From Octopus sinensis (lineage: Eukaryota): DNA of 64,000 nucleotides. Positions within the stretch are counted from its first letter, which is position 1; each line of letters begins with the position of its first letter. The notes under the pieces are model-generated. The model was not told the origin of the DNA, did no database searches, and saw nothing but the letters and a program-made list of their open reading frames with translations. Positions 55,017-64,000 of this stretch are shown in pieces. The DNA lies in assembly GCF_006345805.1 (NCBI RefSeq), contig NC_043015.1, positions 33,604,001-33,668,000 on the forward strand, given 5' to 3'. Made by a program: the position numbers and the translations under genes.

Positions 55017-55426
55017 GTAGAGACTATTAGTAACAGATCTGAGAGAAGGGGAGAGAGAGAGATAGAGAGAGAAAGAGTATAGAAAGTTAGTGTCTGATCT
55101 AGGAGAGAGAGAGTGGGTAAAAGCAATCAACAGAAGATCTAAAACTCAGAGTTGGCACAACTAGGAGAGAGAGAGAGTATGGCAGAGACTAGAAGAATTA
55201 AGGCAAAGAGAGGAGCAGATTCAGCACAGTAGGAGTATAGAGAATGTGTAGCAATTCTAAGAATGAAAGAGTATGCAGAGTCAATAGCAGGGAGTAGAGA
55301 TGATACTCTGCAGCAGATTTGCAACAAAGAATGTCAGTAGCAGATATAGAAGAGGAGGATTAGAATAAAATAGTATATGTAACAGTGACATCAGGTATAT
55401 AACATTCAGTATATGTGTAATATGTG

Positions 55427-55665
55427 GAGGCACGTGGCTTGGGTGTCAGCACCATGATTGTAAGGTTGTGGTTTCAATTCCTGGACCAAGCGATGCGTTG
55501 TGTTCTTGAGCAAAACACTTCATTTCACATTGCTCCAGTCCACACAGCTGGCAAAAATGAGTAACGCTGCTATGGACTGGTGTCCCATCCAGCTGGGGAA
55601 CACATACGCCATGGAAACTGGGAAACCGGGCCCATGTGCCTGGCTAGGCTTTAAAATGGTGCATT
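55427..55665 (+). mobile_element. SINE family C (tRNA head plus gtgttcttgagcaaaacactt central domain)
   Basis: Shares head and body with 60410-60680; different tail. Confidence 0.8.
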
Positions 55666-58600
55666 TAGTTTTATTATATGTGTAATATACAAAGTATATC
55701 AATTATGTGTGTGTGTGTGTGTGTGCATACACAAACACGCATGTGAAATGGTATGTCAAACTGCATTCCTTTACATCAAAATGTAATTTAGCCATTCAAT
55801 AAATAAAGATCAATAAAGTAAGTACCAGACAGAAGCAAGACTGGTATGGATGTGAAATAATCTAGAAAGTAATACTCTAACATGGCCACTGTCCAGTGAC
55901 TGAAACCAACACACACACACACAGGTACACTACATTATCACACCTCCACACACTGCTATAGAAATAGACTAAAATCTTTTGTGAAAATCTTGCATGCACA
56001 CACACACACGCACGCATGCCCACGCACAGACAGCCAAAACATTCATTGCTCTGAAAAATGGTGTCATGTAATAAAGAATAAATCTGAAGCAAAACAACTG
56101 AAATATACAATGTAACCATTTATTTAATGATGAAGAAGGTAGCATTGAGTTGAAGAGAGGCATTTAGATTTAATTAAATTGATTTTAGGTTTAAAATATA
56201 ACCATTAGTTACTGACAGCTCAATTTATTTCATTAAACAATTTCTCCAAAATAACGAAAACTAGCAAGTATTTCTAGAAAAGAAAAACTAAACAAACTGA
56301 AGACAAGTCAATGGGGCATGAATAAACCAAACTAGGAATCAACTCTATAATTACTCCATACTAAAGCAGTTTAGTCTTTAAAAGAACTGGGTGAAAAAGT
56401 CCAATATTGATTCTATCCTCTTGAATCCTAGCTCAATTAAATTATAAGCCACCTTCACAAAATCTCCATAAAAAGAACATTAACGAGAAGAGGTGCAGCA
56501 TTATTTCACTTTTCTTAAAGAGATTTCAATCCAGGATTCAAATCTTCACTCATTCAGTCATTTACCAATTATCTTCTTTATCTCTCACTGTAGCACCATC
56601 CTCCTGCAAACTTTGGTGAGCTTCCAATTTGGAGATAAGCTTTCGTGTGATAGCAAAATTACAAGATGTAATATTTTCATCATAATGTTGGCAAACCAGT
56701 TTTAATCTTGGTCAGAATATTTTCCAATTTTATAACAATACAATGGCTGACACCTTTCAATTGCAATAAGTTTTGAATTCTGATAGAAATGAAAAGCACT
56801 TTGTTTTTATGCAACGAACCTCCCAGTAGGCTCGAAGTAGAATTAAGCTTCTTTACTAAGAATGTAATACAAGGGAATTCAAAACCTCAATCCTTGGGCA
56901 ACATGACTGAGCCACTACTTGTCATAAATCAAACACCAGTTCCTTGGAGCATAAAGAATGAACATTGCACATCTCTCTTCTGTTGTGAATTCTTATCCTT
57001 AAGTCTTTAAATCATTCACAGTTTACCTAAATCTGTAGATCTGGTATCATTTACTTACTGACATAGAGAGAGAAAACAAGCTGAGATTCTTTTGATATCA
57101 AATACATTATGGCATGCTACACAAGTGAAAACAGACCTTGTTGCAAGCAAAAATCAAATACTGAAGATAAAACAGACAGCACATGTAACAGAGTGTGAAA
57201 TATATCAGGTTGGTCACAGTGTGTCTCTTTTTGGTTGTTAATCATAGGTATAGACACCTTCAACACCACAGTGTTCTGTGTATTAAATAAGTCAACACGA
57301 TTTTAAACACCATTCTTTATAAAAGGTGTCTCTAAATTGCTCAATTTCTAATCAAATCTTTTTCCTTACATCTTTGCTAATGAAGTCATAAGACTGCAAC
57401 AGATCTATCATTATCTCTGATATTTGCCAGGAATTTCAAAATAGTAATAATATCTATTAACTAATAATGTTTTTTTTTTCCTCCCGACGTACTTATTGTT
57501 GATTATGAAAACTAAAAGCCTTGACCTCCCATAAGACCAGAATAACAATCAAAACAAAAGCCCTTAACATGATTTTGTCTTAGAAATTTTTTACGAGGCA
57601 AAACACTATTTAAAACTACCTCTACACTCTACTTGCAGTCTCTTACTTATTCTTGGTTCATGTAAGGAGCATGTGTGGGCAAAGATGAGAAAGAAAGTGC
57701 AACTGAAAACAAGCGAATGTTGAGAGAGAGAGAGAAGTAAGGGAAGAGAGAGAGAACAAGGAAAGTACTGATTGACACACAAATTGATCTGGGCTTACAG
57801 GTGATCGGCTATATTTGAAACTTCAAACGCTCTTCAACATATCACCCGTGCACACATACATATATATAGAACTTGTAAGTACAAGGTGACTTATCATGTA
57901 AACAGTGTTATGTCTTTTGATAACATTCAATCTGAAGAAACCAGACTGATTCATCTTACAAACTTGCTTTCTCAGAATAAACAGGTGAACACACAAACAC
58001 GCTCATAAATGTGTGTGTGTGCATGTATGTGTAGGTGTGTGTATGTGGGCCTCTGTGTGTGTGTGCATGTGTATGTGCTACTGTAGTTTTTCATGCAGCC
58101 ATTTTTTTCTTTTTTCTTTTTTTTGCAGCTAAAATAATAGTTTTTTTTTTTATAGGTGGATGCCCTTCATTCTGATCACCAGTCAACCATGAAGGAGGAG
58201 TGAAACCTGTTATTTTCAGTTCAGCAAACTGGAGCAAGTAATGGGCCTTTACCACCTCCGACATTCACTGCACCACAACCCTGAGCAACCACACACCAAT
58301 CAGCCGCAGCACCATCACCACAACCATAATCAAATAAGCTAACTTTGCAATTACTTTTAACCTCTCTTTTCACCTCTAAATCCAGTTTTTACCAGACAGC
58401 CCAACCCCACCATATTGTCTGATCACTGACTGATCAAAGTAGCATACATTGTAACACATGACAGCTACATCAGTCCATATCACTACACAAACACCATACA
58501 ACAACCACACAACTACTTCGCATAATATCTCTATCAAACTTCACACCATAGCATCACAAAACAGACCTCATAACACACAACCACAAAACAGACCATACAT

Positions 58601-58699
58601 CATACTGTAACCTACCCACCATACACTCTACAACTAAGCATTTGGATCTCCATCAGTTCTAAACTAACAACTCTTCAAAGTAATTACAACTACCCCTTG

Positions 58700-59870
58700 A
58701 TCAAGTTAAGTGAGTGACTGGCCCCACCCTCTCAGGTATATTCTTCATATCGTTTATACAACTAAAGATCAAGTGGTTCAATACACAGCTACAAGTACAC
58801 AGGCACAGAATGCCAGAACAAAGTCATTATCGCTTCAACACCTCAAGAGAACATTATCAAAACAATTAAATGAGTCACAACATGTGAACCACTGTACCAT
58901 GGTTACCAAACTACTGACCCAACTATCTAACACCTCTTGGATGAGAGATTTTCACTCACACCATCACCACACTCATGGGAGTTTTCTTATGTTACATTCA
59001 ATCAACTCAGGTGTAAGTTAGGGGTTACTTATGTCTTCAATATTTTCTACATTAATGATTCCCACATTCATTCCAATACAAGACCAACCATTACACCTCC
59101 TTCATCTTCTGTACACATACAAACTTAGATATCTAAACAAACAGCTTCTTTGACAAGAAACATCAAAAATGTCCTGTAATGAGGCCATCACAAACAAATA
59201 CTTTTCAAGAAACTCTCAACCATTAAATCTAGTTGTCTTGCACTTCATGGTCTCTCTATATATATCCAACATGCAACTAAAACACTGAAAGTTACTACAA
59301 ATACTTAGCCCTCAATGTTTGATCTTCCATGGTCACTACCACATACAATGCCAAAAGTTTGACAGATACGAATCTGTCTGTTCAGAGAAGGAAGATACTT
59401 GAGTAAAGATATTTTGCTGGCCCTCCACAATGCTCAAGAGGGACACATACAGGAGTACTGATACATAAGGGATTCAGGGGTTCCCACACAAACATACACA
59501 CATGAATATCCTAGACTATAAAGAAGCCAATTAACTGGAAGGTTAATTTGCAAAGACTGTTTCCTCTCACTCACACATCTACAACTACTACAACAGCCTC
59601 TGCTCGTCTGAACCAGCAAATACTGGATATCACCCTCACCAGGATTTACTCACAGCAAACCCTTATTCATTGCATCTCATGAAATGCCCATTAAACAGTT
59701 GACCATCACCAATTACAGTCATCTGGAATTCTTTCTCTCTCCATCTCTCTCTCTCTCTCAAAATATCTCACTAAAGGCATCAACCACATCAAACTGACCA
59801 GCATGGAAAGTATTGTGATGGTCAATGCCACTGTCCCTTGTTTTACAACTATATAAAAACTTCCACTGTC
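58700..59870 (+). mobile_element. Highly decayed CR1/Jockey-like LINE relic
   Basis: INSGVS*GLLMS..YIND (GVPQG motif) and downstream YNYYNSLCSSE (FYxYYxGxCSxEL-type motif). Confidence 0.5.
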
Positions 59871-60109
59871 AACATGACCTAACCTCTACCACCACCACTA
59901 CCACCACCACCACCACCACCAAGGTGATCTAACACCTTAACCAAGGTGACCTGACACCACTGCCATCACCACGTCCACCACCACATCTATTATTCAGTAA
60001 TAAAACTGAAACCAATAAAAAGATCCAATTTCCAGCTGTCCACTTTATTACTGACATAATTTTACGAGGGGGGGATATATTATATATATTGTATATTTGC
60101 AGTGTGGCA

Positions 60110-60385
60110 ACAGGGGAATGTGATGACAGGGTGGTGCTGGAGGTGGTTGTGTAATGGTGATTTGGTGGTGGTATAGTATTTGTGATGTGGTAGTAGTGGT
60201 ATGGAGGTGGTGGTAGCAGTATAGTAGAAATGATCTGGGGCTGATATAGTAGTGGGGATGAGGTACTGATGTAATAGTGTACTCTTAAGGTGGTGATGCT
60301 GGTACAATAGTGGTGGTTGTGGTGTAGTAGTGATGATAATGGTGGTGGTGGTGATGGTGGTGGTGGTTGTGGTGGTGTTGTTGTT
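60110..60385. repeat. Degenerate (TGG/TAG)n tract
   Basis: Direct inspection; source of the 163-aa Pro/His ORF. Confidence 0.85.
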
Positions 60386-60409
60386 AAGCTTGCTGCTTGC
60401 TTATCTCTG

Positions 60410-60680
60410 TGAAGGCACATGGCTTAGTGGTAAGGGTATTTAGATCACAATCATAATGCAGTGGGATCAATTCCCAGTGGAACATTGTGTCCTTGAGCAA
60501 GACACTTTATTTCACATTGCTCCAGTCCACTCAGCTGACAAAAAATGAGTAGTACTTAAGGGTCAGCCTAGTCACATTTTGTGCCATGCTGAATCTGCCT
60601 CAGAACTACATTAAGGGTACACATGTCTGTGGAGTACTCAGCCACTTGCACATTAATTTCATGAGCATATTCTTCCATTG
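60410..60680 (+). mobile_element. SINE family C
   Basis: ggcacatggcttagtggtaaggg...gatcaattccc...gtgtccttgagcaagacacttt. Confidence 0.8.
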
Positions 60681-60946
60681 CAAAACTTCATACAAATTGT
60701 AAATTGTCTTTGAAATGTCTCCTTTATCTGATGCCCCTGTGGCAAGTAAACCATTATGTACAATCCTCCTGACACTAAGGGGCCTCCAACTAGAGCTAAT
60801 GAAAGAACCACACTAATCCAAGACCACCTGCATCATCAAGGGCATGTGCACTCTCCCAAATATTGTTCTCTGATCCACAGGTACATGCTTAGACTAGTTC
60901 CATCCACTCCACACAGTTCCAATACTTCTTCACAAACTCTGCAACA

Positions 60947-61080
60947 GGCACAAGGCCAGAGATTTGGGTGGAGAGTAATTGATTACAATGACCCCAGCAC
61001 TTGACTAGTAACTTCTTTTTTTTCTTTTTTTAAATCAATGTTGGCAGGGTGGAAAGTAGAATTGATCTCAGCAGAATTAA
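60947..61080 (-). mobile_element. Partial SINE family A
   Basis: ggcacaaggccag end and eroded core. Confidence 0.65.
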
Positions 61081-61389
61081 TAGTCATTTCTGATACAGAT
61101 AAAATGTCAGAAATGTGTTGTGGAGAAGGAAATATATTTAAGTTATTTATAAAAACAATGTGATTTCAATTTCGGATTAATCTTATTGCTATGTCTTTCA
61201 GTAGAAATAAAATCCAACCAATCAGAAATTTTAGCTTGTTAACAAGGGAAGGAATTTAGAAAGAAAACCTGAAAATTCATAAAGTCTTATTTTTCATTTT
61301 TTCCCCTTTTTTTCTTTTTGGAGACAAAAATAGGGGAGAAAACTCATAACAAGAAGAAAAAAAGAAAAACAAAATGAGAGTTGACTCAC

Positions 61390-61523
61390 GTCGAACTTGG
61401 GTTGGCTATTTGTGATTGGTGGCTCCTTTTCCCATTTACTGGCAATCTGTAAAGTTTCCAAAGTCTTCTGTTGTGTTGACTTGGAATCATCTAAAAGTGT
61501 TACTTCGTAAAATTCCTGGATAT
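61390..61523 (-). CDS. dlg1: Discs large 1 (Dlg1/SAP97) internal exon: C-terminal part of the L27 domain and linker, (D)IQEFYEVTLLDDSKSTQQKTLETLQIASKWEKEPPITNSQPKFD
   Basis: The peptide matches the DIQEFYEVTLLD motif of human DLG1 and, as I recall it, Drosophila Dlg-S97 (DIQEFYELTLLDDSKSIQQKTAETLQIATKWEK). Acceptor ctctgtctgtgtag|AT (phase 1), donor GAC|gtgagt (phase 0); 134 nt. Confidence 0.95.
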
Positions 61524-61613
61524 CTACACAGACAGAGAAAAGAGAGCAATCAGTTGTGGTATGAAGGAATGATGAAAATAATTCTGATGGATTTAATGAA
61601 TTCCTATTCTCAT

Positions 61614-61651
<38 letters not shown>

Positions 61652-61904
61652 GCCCAAATAAAATTAACTGTTATTCCAGAGGACTACTACATGTTTCCAT
61701 AGCATGCTCAGAAAACAAGTTCAATTATGTAACTTAACATGTAACATTATGCAAGTTCAAAATTTCACAAATATACATGTGTATGTATTCTTTTATACAT
61801 TTCAGCCCTAAGGCTGTGGCCATGCTAGAGCTCTTCCTTATCTCTCTCTCTCTGTATGTATGTATGTGTGTGTATGTATATATATATAACTTGTGTGTGT
61901 ATAT

Positions 61905-62123
61905 ACATATTCTTTTATTCTTTTACTTGTTTCAGTCATTTGACTGTGGCCATGCTGGAGCACCACCTTTAGTCAAACAAATTGACCCCAGAAATTATTG
62001 CTTGTGAGCCTATTAGTCTATCAGTCTCTTTTGCTGAACCGCTAAGTTATGGGGATGTAAACACACCAACATTAGTTGTCAAGCAATGGTGGGGGGGACA
62101 AACACAGACACACGAATATACAC

Positions 62124-62154
<31 letters not shown>

Positions 62155-62450
62155 ACTAAATCCACTCACAAAGCTTTGGTCGGCCCAAAGCTATAGTGGA
62201 AGACACTTGCCCAAGGTGCCACGCAGTGGGACTGAACCCAGAACTTGTTTCAATCATTAGACAGAGGCAGTGCCTTGAAGAAGTTTTAATCAAATGAATT
62301 TATTCCAGTCCTTATTTTTTAAAGCTAGGCACTTATTCTATCAATCTCTTTTGCCAAACTGCTGAGTTACACAGATGTAAACACCAATACTAGTTGTCGT
62401 GGGGTGCTTGCAGTAGGATGGAACCTGGAACTAAGTGGTTGGGAAACGAC
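61905..62450 (-). mobile_element. Two adjacent SINE family B copies
   Basis: Two tails (acttgtttcagtcatt / acttgtttcaatcatt) and bodies. Confidence 0.85.
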
Positions 62451-62991
62451 AATAGTGTACTTATATACTCATCTATGGTACCATTATTATAAGAGTTACC
62501 TCTTATTAAGCGCTAGTTGGTTTGGTTTCCACCATGAAAGTGGTACAGAGCATGCAGAGAAATAAAACCAGGTAGCGCCACATTAGAGACAAGATTACAA
62601 GATGAAATCACTTCCTATCCTTCTCTACATTAACTCCAGCACATAAATCATACATCCATACACCATTTATGCACAAAGAATGTTGGCTGTTAAATTCATC
62701 ATGGGTAATTGCATTGCAGTAAATATATTGTTTGATAATTTCATTATAAGCTAATTACATCATGAGCAAATACATCGTCAATAAATTCATAACAATGTGT
62801 TTTATCTGCAAAGTAAATACATCAGTAAACATTCTTTAAATTTGTTTATTATCACAATTTTCCTTTCTCTTGTTTTTTCTTGTAGGGAAAATATGTCATA
62901 TTTAATTATGTATTTGGTATTACAATGGAATAAATTCAGAATATAGTTCATAAATCAGGGAAGGGGAGAGAGAGAGAGAGAGAGAGAGAGA

Positions 62992-64000
62992 ATTTCCTTA
63001 TTCACCATAAGGTTGAGAAAAAGAGGGGATGATACAAGGACAGACAAAACAAACATTGGGGCCAGGGTATCGAATGAGACAAAACGTATGAATAAACAAA
63101 CAATTAAAATATATACAATTAAATGAGAATGAGTGATTAACAAAAATGAAGCGGAGGACGTAGTTGACCCCACAAACTCACACTGAAGACTTTGCTTTCT
63201 CCTTTTTTACATTCTCGTTTAAACAGGTTCTTTCACTCGCAACATACTTGCTATAGACTTCCATCTTTTACGAAACACACTTTGCGACAGGCATTTCTTC
63301 TCCAGCCTTATTTTCCGTTTCATGTGGAAAACGAAAAAGTCGATTAGCTCGAGACTGGAGATAAACATACCTGTTGCAATTCCTTTCACTCTCGTCTTCC
63401 ATACTACTTCTTTCGCCACAGCAACTACTGAAAGAAAACAGGCTCGCTCCTCCCTATTCAGGGAGGTTGACGGAACTATCTTAATTATAGATTCGCTCGA
63501 CAGTTGTACTTTTCTCGAATGCGACAGCAGGTGTTCGACATAAGCCCAGAGTTCAGTCACCTTGGGGCATTGCACAATCGCGTGCAGGACAGTTTCACTG
63601 TCCCTCTTACATCTTGCACAAACCGGCGAAGGTGCACACCCATGTTGAACCATTAAAGCTCCTCTGTAACATTGCCAGGCCAGGGACTTTTGGTAATTAT
63701 CCATAGGCCCCGGACCGAATGTTCTTTGGAACAGGCTGGCCAGTTGATTTTCGTCGAAGCCCAGGGTTTCTCCCAGGACATCGTCACACTTAAACTCTAC
63801 TAACCCTCTATAGAAGAACGAGGTAGTACTCCCGCCACCAGCGTTGCCCGACTGGGAGAGAAGCACGAGTGCCTAATGGCACTCTACATGCCACACGCCC
63901 AACCTCGGTCTACACTTGATCCATGGGTTCAGTTTAATAAACAATGTGAACTGTGGAAATAACAGCCTGACGAACGGAGACCACACCAGCTCACCGTCCA
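62992..64000 (-). mobile_element. 3' end of an L1/Tx1-clade LINE: ORF2 C-terminus with zf-RVT CCHC finger (63219-63866) and 3'UTR abutting (TC)n; continues beyond the window
   Basis: SLAWQCYRGAL...CARCKRDSETVLHAIVQCPKV..LW...AKEVVWKTR; GC- and CpG-rich relative to flanks, suggesting a young insertion. Confidence 0.88.

Noticed and set aside
56520-56620. QEDGAT and EDLNP motifs on the minus strand, suggestive of a mariner transposase
   Set aside because: Spacing is far too short and out of frame, and no other motifs are present.
57059-57160. 102-nt minus-strand segment with ttttatcttcag acceptor and gtaagt donor
   Set aside because: In-frame TAA in phase 0 and no protein-like content; pseudo-exons like this are expected by chance. 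A poison exon cannot be excluded without RNA data.
59929-60420. 163-aa Pro/His/Thr-rich ORF
   Set aside because: Translation of the degenerate (CCA)n repeat.

Overview
AT-rich, microsatellite-dense animal genomic DNA. The SINE/LINE repertoire looks like that of an octopod cephalopod (Octopus-like; recognised from memory, not from a search). The window appears to lie inside one large minus-strand gene, discs large 1 (dlg1/SAP97). One firm exon (61390-61523) encodes the end of the L27 domain (DIQEFYEVTLLDDSKS...KWEK). A phase-compatible proline-rich exon (19522-19737) lies about 41.6 kb downstream, and there is a candidate alternative terminal exon at 50806-50898. The rest is intron filled with three tRNA-type SINE families, RTE, Tx1 and CR1/Jockey-like LINE relics, Tc1 and rosa/DD41D transposase fossils, several MITEs, a Penelope-type palindromic element with decayed hammerhead motifs, a near-identical 1.02-kb tandem duplication and many simple repeats. 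Nearly all ORFs in the supplied track are microsatellite or SINE artefacts. I see no clear-cut new biological system. The best leads are the possible L27-only isoform, MITE-derived competing RNA pairings around the symmetric exon, the hammerhead-relic palindrome, a back-to-back RTE pair and a PHD-like finger inside the RTE reverse transcriptase. Repeat boundaries are approximate unless a TSD or TIR is quoted.
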